Shown: one piece after another, positions 30,057 to 39,960 of the stretch | Position numbering within the stretch: the stretch's first letter is position 1 | Layout: the number at the start of each line of letters is the position of its first letter | DNA from: Patescibacteria group bacterium UBA1388 | GTDB lineage: Bacteria; Patescibacteriota; Microgenomatia; UBA1400; PJMF01 | Direction: 5' to 3' | Assembly (NCBI GenBank): GCA_002305355.1 | Contig: DBQS01000023.1 | Coordinates: 4,189-68,188, forward strand | Length of the DNA: 64,000 nucleotides | Position numbers and translations under genes: made by a program | The notes under the pieces: generated by a model | What the model saw: only the letters and a program-made list of their open reading frames with translations | Database searches by the model: none | What the model was told of the DNA's origin: nothing

Positions 30057-31385
30057 TTACTCAGTTTCGATGCGCTTAATTTTAGCTCCCATGGAATTAA
30101 ATCGCTCAGCCAAAGCTTCGTATCCTCGATCAACATGTTCAATACCATCAATGATTGAGGTTCCTTGGGCAGTTAAGGCAGCAAGTACCAGTGTAGCACC
30201 CTGTCTTAAATCATGCACAGTGAATTTGCCCGCCTTGAGAGGAGATGGGCCAGTGATTTTAATGGCATGAGCGGCCTGAGGTAAGTCATCTGTAATGTTA
30301 AAGTTGTATACTTCCTCTGGATTGGATACTTGCGGACTAAATTTTTCAATCTTGGCCCCCATTTTTAGTAATTGATCAACATATTGAAAACGATCCTGCA
30401 TGATTGTCTCATGGACAATACTTTGTCCTTGGCACTGAGTGAGCACAGTTGCAAAAAGTGGTTGCCAATCTGTCATAAAGCCAGGCTCAATAGCAGTAGT
30501 AACCTGGGTGGCGGTCAAAGGTTGATGATAAAAGAACTTGATGCCATAGTCACCAATTTCATATCCGGCACCAATTTTATCTAATTGTGCAATAAAAGCT
30601 GTCAAATGATCAGGTCTGGCGTTTTCAATGACAATGCTACCCTTGGTGGTTAATGCAGCACAAGCATAGCTGACAGCTTCATTTCTGTCTGGAATTATTT
30701 GGTGAGTACTGCCGACCAATTTTTCGACACCTTCAATTGTAATCACCCGCTGAGTTGGTCGTGAAATCTTTGCACCCATTTTGTTGAGATATGCAATTAA
30801 ATCATCCACCTCAGGTTCAAGGGCAGCATTATTGAGTATTGTTTTACCACGTGCTCTGACTGCAGCCATAATGAGGGTTTCTGTTCCGGTATGAGTGTTT
30901 TTTTCAAATGTATATGTGGTTCCAGTGATTTGCTTGCAAGTCGCTTCAATGACGTTATCACGTTGTTTAATGTCGACTCCCATAGCACGTAAGCCATCAA
31001 AGTGTCGTTCTAAAGGTCTCACGCCAATTTTATCTCCTCCAGGAAGTGGCACGATCGCGCGGCCAAAGCGAAGTAGCAAAGCGGGAATGAACATTGTCGA
31101 AAACCTACCCTGTGAACCGTTAGTGTGCGACAAATCAAATTGCTCTAAGTGTTGAGGGTTGATTGCAACCGATCTTTCTCCAGGTCTAGAGACATCGGCT
31201 CCCATATGCGCAATGATGTGTTGGACGGCGCTGACGTCACTAATATTAGATAGATTAAGCAAGATAGACTCGCCTTCAGCCAGCAGTGACGCGATCATGA
31301 GTTTGTAGGATGCATTTTTTGCACCTCCAATTCTGACAGTGCCATGGAGAGGTGTGCCGCCGGTGACTTGATAAGCTTGACTCAT
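30057..31385 (-). CDS. murA: UDP-GlcNAc 1-carboxyvinyltransferase
   Basis: GAKNA, LPGGDKIGVRP, NAALEPEV, IPDRNEA, PGFMTD, DLRQGA, HVDRGYE. Confidence 0.95.
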   Translation of the reverse strand: MSQAYQVTGGTPLHGTVRIGGAKNASYKLMIASLLAEGESILLNLSNISDVSAVQHIIAHMGADVSRPGERSVAINPQHLEQFDLSHTNGSQGRFSTMFIPALLLRFGRAIVPLPGGDKIGVRPLERHFDGLRAMGVDIKQRDNVIEATCKQITGTTYTFEKNTHTGTETLIMAAVRARGKTILNNAALEPEVDDLIAYLNKMGAKISRPTQRVITIEGVEKLVGSTHQIIPDRNEAVSYACAALTTKGSIVIENARPDHLTAFIAQLDKIGAGYEIGDYGIKFFYHQPLTATQVTTAIEPGFMTDWQPLFATVLTQCQGQSIVHETIMQDRFQYVDQLLKMGAKIEKFSPQVSNPEEVYNFNITDDLPQAAHAIKITGPSPLKAGKFTVHDLRQGATLVLAALTAQGTSIIDGIEHVDRGYEALAERFNSMGAKIKRIETE

Positions 31386-31413
31386 ATCTTGACTATAATT
31401 TAATAATCAGTTA

Positions 31414-32502
31414 TTAAACAGGCGCAACTATACCCCGCAGTTCTTGTTTGGTAAAGCCTAAAAAGAATATTTCTGGTTTGAGGAAAAGTTGACTCTGCTG
31501 TAAAGCAGCTTGTTGGACATGCCTGATGACTGCTAGATAGTCAGCTGCTGTGGCATGACCTAGGTTGACGATAAATGCCGCATGTAAGGGAGAGATAATG
31601 GCATCACCAATTTGAAAACCCTTAAGATTGAGAACCTTGTCGATGAAATATCCCACGCTTGAAGTTGGCAACTGTAACCGTTCTTGATCTGTGGGGTGAA
31701 GGTTTTGAAAAACACAACCTAGCGATTTTTGAGGTTGGTTAGCCTTAGATTTGGCCCAATTTAATGCCACTTGTTGTAAGAGCTGAGGTTCGAGTTTATA
31801 GAGAAGAAAATTTGCCGCCAAAATAACCTCATTGCTAGTGTGGAAGCGAGAAAGGTCATAATCCATGTCCAGTTTTGTGATGGGAACTGCTTCGATCTCA
31901 CCAGCCTGATTGAGAATTTCAACTGAGTAAAGTACTTCACTCAAAAAATGTTTTCCGCCATGGATATTGTTATAAATTGCACCACCAATTGTAGCTGGAA
32001 TCTTTGCGAACCATTCTAAACCACCAATACCCTGACTACAGAGTTGATTGATCGCAACTGGCAACGGGGTGCCAGCAGAAATCTTAACTAAACATCGCTC
32101 GGCATGGGCGGCTTTTTGTTCTACTTTTGCCATTAAAGCTGCTGTTGGGTGCTGGTCATCGATTTCCCATCGAGGAATTAATTTTGGAGGTTGCCTATTA
32201 TTTTGCAGTTGATCTAACTCCTGATCCGGTTGAATCGTAATTTCGGTAGCTGCATTTTTAATAACCAAGCCTCGCAAACCCCGATCGGCGATCAAGGTGT
32301 TTGCTCCCCATCCTAATAGGTAGTAACGAAGCTGTCGTTGATGACAATATTGAAGGAGTTTTATTAAATGTGCTTGATTTTTAACTTCAGCAAACACTTC
32401 AGCGGGTCCACCAATTTTGACTTGAGTGTACTTGGCAAGAAGTACTTCCTGACTAAATTTAAGAGTTGGTAGTGAGGTGGTGAGCTGGTCAAAAAGTGGC
32501 AT
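31414..32502 (-). CDS. murB: UDP-N-acetylmuramate dehydrogenase
   Basis: KIGGPA, LGWGANTL, IPATIGGAIYNN, SLGCVFQN, HAAFIVN, LKPE. Confidence 0.92.
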   Translation of the reverse strand: MPLFDQLTTSLPTLKFSQEVLLAKYTQVKIGGPAEVFAEVKNQAHLIKLLQYCHQRQLRYYLLGWGANTLIADRGLRGLVIKNAATEITIQPDQELDQLQNNRQPPKLIPRWEIDDQHPTAALMAKVEQKAAHAERCLVKISAGTPLPVAINQLCSQGIGGLEWFAKIPATIGGAIYNNIHGGKHFLSEVLYSVEILNQAGEIEAVPITKLDMDYDLSRFHTSNEVILAANFLLYKLEPQLLQQVALNWAKSKANQPQKSLGCVFQNLHPTDQERLQLPTSSVGYFIDKVLNLKGFQIGDAIISPLHAAFIVNLGHATAADYLAVIRHVQQAALQQSQLFLKPEIFFLGFTKQELRGIVAPV

Positions 32503-32586
32503 CTAACAAATTCTATAAATGTCGATATTATGCATTATAACTGGAATTAGATAATAAGTTCAGGGATAAATTATTTCAACATGACC

Positions 32587-33993
32587 TCAAATAATGTCAT
32601 GCACTTGGTAAATATCGCCTGCTCCTAAAGTAATGAGTAGGTCATCGGCGCTCAGTGTCGACTGACAATAAGTGGCTAAATTACTGATGGAATGCAAGTT
32701 GCTAACCTGAAGCTGAGAATTGTGTTGCTGAATTGCTTTGACTAAGTGATCACTTGTTATCTCTCCATGATTGTTTTCACGAGCAGAGGCAAAAATATCC
32801 AATAATACCAGTTCGGGTGCTCGAGCGAGGGTGATTACAAATTGATTAAACAGTTCTTTGGTTCTAGAAAAAGTGTGAGGTTGAAATGCTACTACCACTC
32901 TCTTATCTGCAAATGACTCCTTAAGTGCCGCCAATACAGCGGCAATTTCCATGGGATGATGTGCATAGTCATCATAAAAAAGCACGCCATTTTTTTCACC
33001 TTTGAACTCAAATCTTCTGGTAGTGGAGCGAAAATTTGCTAAGCTCGCAATCGCACGGGCGGGGTCAATGCCAACTTGCAAGGTAGCTAATACGGCCGCG
33101 GCCGCATTTTCTAAATTATATTTGCCGGGAATTGTGAGTGAGACAGGATATGACTGATTGTTAATGGTGATTGTGCCGACAGCTTGCCGATGGGATTGAT
33201 GCTCGTTTAAACCCACGACAGCTTGACAAGTTGGCAGCGAACCATAAGTTAGCAGTTTTTCTGCAGAGTGATCTAGACCCAACATCGCTGCAGACTGGTG
33301 CATAATCAAGGTACCACCTGGTTTAATTTGTTGAAAAAATTCCGAAAAAATTTGATGGGTGTGTTTTTCATCATGGTACACATCAGGGTGATCAAACATT
33401 ATTTGTGAACAGACAGTTACTTGGGGTTTAAGATATGAAAAACGGGGAATTAACTTCTGACCATGTTTGATCTGTGAGGGATTGACTGCATATTCATCGG
33501 CTTCAGCTACCATCCACCGACTTTCTGGTCTCCATTGTGCCGCGCGAGATAGACCAATTATTTCTCCCACTCCCACGGCGTAGGAGGGATGAAAATGATT
33601 TTTTTCTAAAATCCAGGTTATCATGGCTGAGATTGTAGATTTGCCACCCACGCCACAAACCGCAATGCCTTGTTTTTGATTAAAAAATTCTCCTAAAGCT
33701 GCTGCATGTGAATAAACTGGTAAATTTTTAGATTTAGCTTCTTCAACTTGAAATTGTGTTTCTCCACCGTGAGCCGCAGTATAAATTATGCAATCAATCT
33801 TCGCGGGTAGCGGGTCAGTAAGTTTATGTAGTTCAATGTCAAGTCGGTCAAGTTGACGCTGGGTGACAAATTCTGCTTTGACATCACTGCCTTGCACTGA
33901 TTTTCCTGCATCAACTAGCAACTGTGCCATGGAAGTCATGGCGACACCTTTAATGCCAACTAAGAAAAATGAATGGTAATCAAGAAGACTCAT
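32587..33993 (-). CDS. murC: UDP-N-acetylmuramate--L-alanine ligase
   Basis: VGIKGVAM, GKST, EADEY, DHPD, DDYAHHP, FQPHTFSRT, LGAGDI. Confidence 0.95.
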   Translation of the reverse strand: MSLLDYHSFFLVGIKGVAMTSMAQLLVDAGKSVQGSDVKAEFVTQRQLDRLDIELHKLTDPLPAKIDCIIYTAAHGGETQFQVEEAKSKNLPVYSHAAALGEFFNQKQGIAVCGVGGKSTISAMITWILEKNHFHPSYAVGVGEIIGLSRAAQWRPESRWMVAEADEYAVNPSQIKHGQKLIPRFSYLKPQVTVCSQIMFDHPDVYHDEKHTHQIFSEFFQQIKPGGTLIMHQSAAMLGLDHSAEKLLTYGSLPTCQAVVGLNEHQSHRQAVGTITINNQSYPVSLTIPGKYNLENAAAAVLATLQVGIDPARAIASLANFRSTTRRFEFKGEKNGVLFYDDYAHHPMEIAAVLAALKESFADKRVVVAFQPHTFSRTKELFNQFVITLARAPELVLLDIFASARENNHGEITSDHLVKAIQQHNSQLQVSNLHSISNLATYCQSTLSADDLLITLGAGDIYQVHDII

Positions 33994-34964
33994 AATAAAT
34001 CTTTAAATACCTTTCTGAGTTTAGCCTGACTGTGTCTTAACAGCGAGCGGTGTGCTGTATCTGTATTTATGGCATGATGGACTGTTAAGTCTAACAACTG
34101 AGTCCGCAGGACTCGCCGATCATTTTCCAGATCATCAACGACTGGAAACTCATGTTCTTGAGCATATACTTTCAATATGTCATTAGGAATTGGTTGATTA
34201 TTAAGCAAGATGAGTGAGACGCGCCTACCGATTGCACGCTCGATGCCGATTACGTGATCACGGGCGGTCATGTCTCTTGTTTGAGTGTTGCGGGTCATTA
34301 AATTAACGGCATAAATAATTATCGCATTACTGGTTGACAAAAGATGTTTTAGTCCTGGGGTCACTAATGCCGCCATCAAACTTGCATAATAATCTCCAGG
34401 ACCGATCATAATTAAATCGGCCGCCTGCAAAGCTTTTTGGGCAGCTGAACTGAGCTTGCAATTCGGAGTAAGTGATACGTGGTCAATCTTTGGTGTGGTG
34501 ACAAGATTCGTATCAAGGATATGTTCTCCAACTCGAGTCGTGCCATCTTGGTATGCAATTTTTAAGTGGACTGGTGTTTCTGTGACAGGAATTACTTGAC
34601 CATCCAGATGAAAAATTTGCTGTGCAATTTTGAGTGCCTGACCGGTACTATCAGTCATGTCTTGGAGAGCAGTTAAAATTAAATTGCCCAAGTTGTGTCC
34701 TTTTAATCCTTCACCATGTTGAAAACGATATAATAAAAGTTTTCTGATCCAAGCTTGATTGCCCTCTTGTGCCAGGGCAGCGAGCGATTGACGTAGATCT
34801 CCAACAGGAGGAAATCCAAATTCATCTCTAATCCGCCCGGTAGAACCGCCAGAATCTGATGTTGCAACCACAGCCGAGATAGCGCATGGCAAATCTTTTA
34901 AAGCGGATACAACCGGATAAATACCAGTTCCCCCACCAATAACAACAATTTTTTTCTTGGTCAT
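33990..34964 (-). CDS. yvcK: YvcK/GlmR (CofD-like) family protein
   Basis: IGGGTG, DSGGSTGRIR, GDLRQ, GHNLGNL, IGPG. Confidence 0.9.
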   Translation of the reverse strand: MTKKKIVVIGGGTGIYPVVSALKDLPCAISAVVATSDSGGSTGRIRDEFGFPPVGDLRQSLAALAQEGNQAWIRKLLLYRFQHGEGLKGHNLGNLILTALQDMTDSTGQALKIAQQIFHLDGQVIPVTETPVHLKIAYQDGTTRVGEHILDTNLVTTPKIDHVSLTPNCKLSSAAQKALQAADLIMIGPGDYYASLMAALVTPGLKHLLSTSNAIIIYAVNLMTRNTQTRDMTARDHVIGIERAIGRRVSLILLNNQPIPNDILKVYAQEHEFPVVDDLENDRRVLRTQLLDLTVHHAINTDTAHRSLLRHSQAKLRKVFKDLL

Positions 34965-34999
34965 GATATGCAATCTACTTAATTTCTTAATTGTCTACT

Positions 35000-36238
35000 T
35001 TATTTCCGAACTGGCAACGACTTGATAATTTCTTGAATGGCGTCTTGATCGCTCCATGGATACTCAGTATTACCGAAGCACATGCTTTTTTCATGACCTT
35101 TGCCGAGTACGATGACTGTATCTTGATTGGATGAAGCGAGGGTCTGAATTGCAAATTGTATGGCTTGTTTGCGATCAATAATGGTGGTGATCTTGCGATG
35201 ATGTTCAGTTAAACCTTCTTTCATTTGTCTAATAATTGACCACACATCTTCCGTACGAGGATCTTCTGCAGTGAACACCACTTGATCTGCAGCATGAGCA
35301 GCTACCCGTCCCATTTCAGGTCGTTTTTTAAAGTCGCGTTTTCCAGCTGCTCCTAAGACAGCGATTAATTTGCCACGCGGATAATTTTTGCGAACTGCAC
35401 TGAGAGCTTCATCGACAGCACGAGGAGTGTGAGCAAAATCAACAATCACTCGACAAGGATGAGTGGCAACTACTTCCATTCTTCCTGGAAGATGAGGAAA
35501 AGTTTTGATAGCTTTAACAATGTCTTCACCTGAGATTTCGACCAGCTGTGCCATTCGATAAGCAAGTCTGGCATTCATCTGATTATATGTTTCCGGAAAT
35601 CTTAATTTTATGACTTGGGAAACTTTTTTTGGTAATTCATTTTCCACGCTGTAACTCGCAAACGAGTGTCCTTTAGCTTGTCTGCGAATTTCTGCGTAGG
35701 AGTAGTCATCCTTATTAACGATGGCTTGTTTGGCAGATTTCAAGACTAATAGCTTTGCTTTTACGTATTCGTTATACGTCACATGGTAATCGAGGTGTTC
35801 ACGGGAAATATTGGTTAATCCTGCGACAGTGGGAAAAATACCCCAGTTACGAAATTGATAAGCGCCATGTGAAGTCACCTCCAACACTAAATGTGAATAT
35901 TTTTGGTCAACAAGTTGCCTCATAAATCGATAAAGGTCTTGGGGAGGAGGAGAAGTAACATGAAACCCAGTATCAGATTGTTGATCGCCCATGTATGCTG
36001 CGACCGTACTCACCAAACCAACCTGTTTTTTTGATTGTTTCAAAATGTGATAAAGCAAGGTGGCAGTGGTGGTTTTACCATCAGTACCGGTCACAACTAG
36101 AATTTGCAGTTTGCGTTGGGGAAATCGGTACCTAATCATTGCTGGCAAAGCTTGCATGATGCCCGTTTTGAATAAGTGGTACGGACGCTTAAGCCAATAG
36201 ACAAATAGTTTTATCTGCACAAGCTCATTATAAAGCAT
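35000..36238 (-). CDS. murE: Mur ligase, MurE type
   Basis: VTGTDGKTTT, LEVTSH, TNISREHLDYH, PGRME, VDFAHTP, KRPEMG, EDPR, GKGHE. Confidence 0.9.
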   Translation of the reverse strand: MLYNELVQIKLFVYWLKRPYHLFKTGIMQALPAMIRYRFPQRKLQILVVTGTDGKTTTATLLYHILKQSKKQVGLVSTVAAYMGDQQSDTGFHVTSPPPQDLYRFMRQLVDQKYSHLVLEVTSHGAYQFRNWGIFPTVAGLTNISREHLDYHVTYNEYVKAKLLVLKSAKQAIVNKDDYSYAEIRRQAKGHSFASYSVENELPKKVSQVIKLRFPETYNQMNARLAYRMAQLVEISGEDIVKAIKTFPHLPGRMEVVATHPCRVIVDFAHTPRAVDEALSAVRKNYPRGKLIAVLGAAGKRDFKKRPEMGRVAAHAADQVVFTAEDPRTEDVWSIIRQMKEGLTEHHRKITTIIDRKQAIQFAIQTLASSNQDTVIVLGKGHEKSMCFGNTEYPWSDQDAIQEIIKSLPVRK

Positions 36239-36320
36239 GGTTGCGAGTTGTGTGGCGAAGTAGTTGAAATCGGATTTGCGAAGTATTTAATCAAGATGAA
36301 ATATTAGTCGAAGAAAAATT

Positions 36321-38126
36321 TTAAAATTGTGGGTTGACGTCGGCTGTCGGTGAATCGGGTGGGATATTCATCATTAAAAATAGATCATGTGCAATTTGAT
36401 ACCAGAGGGGGGCGGCCGTTTCGGCCGCCCAAGGAGAAGATTTTGGTTCAACGAGTTTCACCAACATTACAAACTTAGGTTCATTTATCGGTGCAAAACC
36501 AATAAAGCTGGCAATTGTTTTTTCTTCGTCATAACTACCACCAGTGGCAATTTGTGATGTGCCCGTCTTTCCAGCAATCCGATGTGATTTTGAAGCGATC
36601 CATTGCGCCTCCCCGTGTTCGGCAGCTGCAACCATCATTTCACTAACTTGATCGGCAGTATGTTTGGAAATGACTTGTCTTTCAAAAATGGGTGGGCTTT
36701 CCACCCATTCACCAGCAGAGTTGCTCACAGCCTTGACAATGCGCGGTCTCATCATTTGACCATCATTGGCGATAGTTGCCACCGCGCGCACTAATTGCAA
36801 ACTGGTCGTAGAAATACCCTGTCCAAAAGAGATGGTTGCTAATTCTACTGGTCCCCACTTGTCAGGGAAAGGAGTGGCGAGATCTCCTTGGAGATCAATA
36901 TGAAGAGCTTCTCCGATACCGAAATTTTGCACGTATTGACGGAAGTTTTCTGCTCCAATTTGTTCTGCTGCAAAAATCATGGCAGTATTGTCAGATTTTG
37001 CAAGTGCTTCCGTCATTGTAATATTGGGATGATAAACATCATTCCAAGTGCGGATCGTGTACTTCCCAAAAATTCTCGGTCCGCTACAACGCGAACAAAC
37101 TGTATCAGGGGATATTACGCCAGTATCAATTCCGCTGGCAACCGTTAATAATTTAAAAGTTGAACCAGGCTCATAGACTGAAGTCAAACTTGGGTTGGCG
37201 TAAGTGCTGGGTGGATAGTCAAAAAATGACTGCTGATTGAATTTTGGTTCGACTGCCAATGCCAGCAAATCACCGTTGGCGGGGTCTAAGATGACAACTT
37301 CACCAGCTTTGGCTGCATATTTTTCCATTCCTCGAATTAAAGCGGTTTCGGCTAAATGCTGAATATCGCGTCTGATGGTGGTGGTTACATCCCGCCCATT
37401 GAGGGACATTTGGTTGGCATTATCTGCTGTGTTCAACTGGTTGCCATGAGCGTCCGCTAAAATTGATTTTTCTTGAAATCTGGCTTTTAATTCTTGTTCA
37501 AGCGCGCCTTCAATGCCAAAGTAACCCACGTCGGATCCTGCTTCATCTTTACCAACAAAACCTGTCAAGTGAGCAGCCATTGATGCTTCAGGATAGGCTC
37601 TTACTTCATAAGCATCAAATCCAATGCCAGCAAAATGTTGATTGGCAATTTCATTTTTTGTAGATTCACTAATTTGAGTCACAAGCGATGTCCAACTGCT
37701 TTCCTGATTGCTGAGTTTAGTGATCAATTCTTCGGTTAAAGTTGTTTCCAAGTCCAATTTTTCAGCTGAAGTAGAAGCTGTTTGATAAGTTTTGTTTTCT
37801 TTCAACAGTATAGGCACTAAAGTATGAGCAATCTGCTGAGGATCTTCCGAAATAACTTTCGGTTGAGCGAATAAGCGATATACTTCCTGGTTAGTGACCA
37901 GTGCCGCACCATCTGCAGCAAGAATTTGGCCTCGACTACCAGTTTCAATAAATGACCGGAGGTATTGATTATCAGCTGTCAATTTGAGTTCAGAACTCAT
38001 TACAATCTGCCAAAAAAAAAGTCTGCCAAAAACAATTAGGAAACCAATACAAATACTTAAAAACACCAATCTCACTCTGGATTGAGTCAAATTTGTTTGT
38101 GCATGTTGTTGATGATGACGACGCAT
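36321..38126 (-). CDS. ftsI: Class B penicillin-binding protein (FtsI-like)
   Basis: EPGSTFK (SxxK), SDN, KTG; N-terminal TM and dimerization domain; dcw position. Confidence 0.9.
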   Translation of the reverse strand: MRRHHQQHAQTNLTQSRVRLVFLSICIGFLIVFGRLFFWQIVMSSELKLTADNQYLRSFIETGSRGQILAADGAALVTNQEVYRLFAQPKVISEDPQQIAHTLVPILLKENKTYQTASTSAEKLDLETTLTEELITKLSNQESSWTSLVTQISESTKNEIANQHFAGIGFDAYEVRAYPEASMAAHLTGFVGKDEAGSDVGYFGIEGALEQELKARFQEKSILADAHGNQLNTADNANQMSLNGRDVTTTIRRDIQHLAETALIRGMEKYAAKAGEVVILDPANGDLLALAVEPKFNQQSFFDYPPSTYANPSLTSVYEPGSTFKLLTVASGIDTGVISPDTVCSRCSGPRIFGKYTIRTWNDVYHPNITMTEALAKSDNTAMIFAAEQIGAENFRQYVQNFGIGEALHIDLQGDLATPFPDKWGPVELATISFGQGISTTSLQLVRAVATIANDGQMMRPRIVKAVSNSAGEWVESPPIFERQVISKHTADQVSEMMVAAAEHGEAQWIASKSHRIAGKTGTSQIATGGSYDEEKTIASFIGFAPINEPKFVMLVKLVEPKSSPWAAETAAPLWYQIAHDLFLMMNIPPDSPTADVNPQF

Positions 38127-38167
38127 GAATTACTAAGTTCTGAAAATTATAAGTTTACAGCTCTCAT

Positions 38168-38458
38168 CTAAATACCACTGGCAACCAGTTGTTTGGGTGG
38201 GCTGACCACAATCGGTGTGCTGATTGCCAAGAATTCGCGTTGATCAAGATTTTGACTGATATCGGTCAAAGCAGCTTTTTCAGCAAGCTGCTGAGTGATA
38301 AGTTGTTTTTGAGATTGCAAAATATGGTGTTGACTTTGTAAGTTAGCAATCTGATGACCGTGATGAATGTTACTACTATGTTCAAATAATGTTACACCAA
38401 CTTTTACACCCAAGACCAGCGTGACTAATAGATAGAAAATAATAATTTTATGATTCAT
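38168..38458 (-). CDS. Putative FtsL-like protein
   Basis: 96 aa, TM plus coiled coil, located between rsmH and ftsI. Confidence 0.6.
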   Translation of the reverse strand: MNHKIIIFYLLVTLVLGVKVGVTLFEHSSNIHHGHQIANLQSQHHILQSQKQLITQQLAEKAALTDISQNLDQREFLAISTPIVVSPPKQLVASGI

Positions 38459-39353
38459 TTACTTGCTTTCTAAACACTCTCAACTTCGCGCTCCGTGCTC
38501 TAGGATTTTTCGATAACTCTTGTTTTGAAGGAGTGATTGGTTTTTTCGTTTCAATTTCTCCATTCTGATGTTTTTGCCAGTTACGAAATGCTGTTTTAAC
38601 CAGCCTGTCCTCACCCTCATGAAAAGCAATGCTAATAATTACTCCTCCAGGTTCTAGCACTGCTAAGGATTGCGGTAACGCACGCGATATTTCGTCAAGT
38701 TCACTGTTTACTGCTATCCGTAAAGCTTGAAAAACTTTGGTAGCGGGATGAAGTTTGTGCGAATGTTGGCGTTTAACAGCGATAATTAAATCAGCGAGAT
38801 CAGTAGTCGTTTTGATGGGTTTCGGGCTGAGCTTAATCGCTTTCGCGATTTGTCTAGATTCGCTTTCCCCACCGTATTGATAAAACAACTCAGCCAGTTG
38901 TTTTTCTGGAACTGCGGCGAGCAAATCCATGGCTTTAACTCCCAATCGTTGATCCATTCTCATATCCAAGGGGCCTGGGTGATTAAAACTAAATCCTCGT
39001 TCACCAGAAGTTAACTGATCACTTGAAGTGCCAAAATCAAATAACACGCCCGCAAATGGTGCGAGCCGGCCCTTTTTAATCAGCTTTGCGGTGACGTCAG
39101 TGATGGATGCAAAATTGGCGTGCTTTAAAATCAAGCGTCTGGTTGCAATTGCAGAGTGAAAATGACTTTCGCCATATTGAATTGCTTCAATATCCCAATC
39201 TAAGGCAACCACCTGACCATGCTTTTCTAAAATAGCTGAGGTATGCCCTCCTCTTCCAAAAGTAGCATCAAGATACCAACTGTTTGGTTTGACATTTAAA
39301 TAATTTAAAGTTTCCTCAAGCATGACTGGTTGATGATCAGCGGTGGCGTTCAT
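38448..39353 (-). CDS. rsmH: 16S rRNA m4C1402 methyltransferase
   Basis: HQPVML, DATFGRGGH, PLDMRMD, HPATKVFQALRIAVNSEL, NPRARSAKLR. Confidence 0.97.
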   Translation of the reverse strand: MNATADHQPVMLEETLNYLNVKPNSWYLDATFGRGGHTSAILEKHGQVVALDWDIEAIQYGESHFHSAIATRRLILKHANFASITDVTAKLIKKGRLAPFAGVLFDFGTSSDQLTSGERGFSFNHPGPLDMRMDQRLGVKAMDLLAAVPEKQLAELFYQYGGESESRQIAKAIKLSPKPIKTTTDLADLIIAVKRQHSHKLHPATKVFQALRIAVNSELDEISRALPQSLAVLEPGGVIISIAFHEGEDRLVKTAFRNWQKHQNGEIETKKPITPSKQELSKNPRARSAKLRVFRKQVNES

Positions 39354-39766
39354 ATACTTTGTCCTAAGACTTCATCTGTGGGTGCTTGCAGAGCATCATA
39401 GTATTGGTGGTACTCATTTTGGTTCCAAATTTCAATGTGATGGGCGTTGCCCACAATCACAATTTCTTTTTGTAAGTGTGCCAGTTTGATCAAATACTCA
39501 GGCAGTTGTATTCGACCCACTTTGTCTGGTTTAACTTCCTGCGCCGTGCTTGCCACAAACCTTAAAAAGTCGCGTTGTTTTTTGAGTGTGAATGTGCGCT
39601 CAGACACTTGTCCGAGCTCCTCTGCAAAGCGTTCTTTGCTCATTAGTAACAACCCGCCGTCAATGCCTCGAGTTACAACCCAAGTCGTATCTTGTTGGCG
39701 AAATTGTTTGGGCAGTGAGAAGCGGCCATTGTTTTCTAAAGTGTGATAATATGTACCAAGAAACAT
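39350..39766 (-). CDS. mraZ: Transcriptional regulator MraZ
   Basis: MFLGTYYHTL..GRFSLPKQFR, DKVGRIQLP, HIEIW; first gene of the dcw cluster. Confidence 0.93.
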   Translation of the reverse strand: MFLGTYYHTLENNGRFSLPKQFRQQDTTWVVTRGIDGGLLLMSKERFAEELGQVSERTFTLKKQRDFLRFVASTAQEVKPDKVGRIQLPEYLIKLAHLQKEIVIVGNAHHIEIWNQNEYHQYYDALQAPTDEVLGQSI

Positions 39767-39780
39767 TAATATAAGATTCT

Positions 39781-39810
39781 TTCCCATCTACCTCCATAAC
39801 AAGCCCAAGT
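39781..39810 (-). promoter_or_regulatory. Possible MraZ-binding repeats
   Basis: Minus strand TTGGG..ATGGAG..ATGGGA at 11 and 10 bp spacing upstream of mraZ, a degenerate match to known TGGG repeats. Confidence 0.4.
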
Positions 39811-39960
39811 ATGACAAACCCAGATTCAAATGTAAAGACAGACATTACCCGAAACATGACCAGCTCAGTGTAATCTAAACACTAAGTGCTAAGTAAATCC
39901 GAGACCGATAGAAATGAGGAAGTTACATCCTTCCTTCCATAGAAGCGGGTGTGAAGATAG

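Noticed and set aside
35795-35810. parS-like GTGTTCACGGGAAATA
   Set aside because: About five mismatches to consensus, and it encodes the conserved ISREH motif of MurE.
36239-36320. GCGAAGTA repeated twice between ftsI and murE
   Set aside because: Only two 8-mers with no supporting structure.
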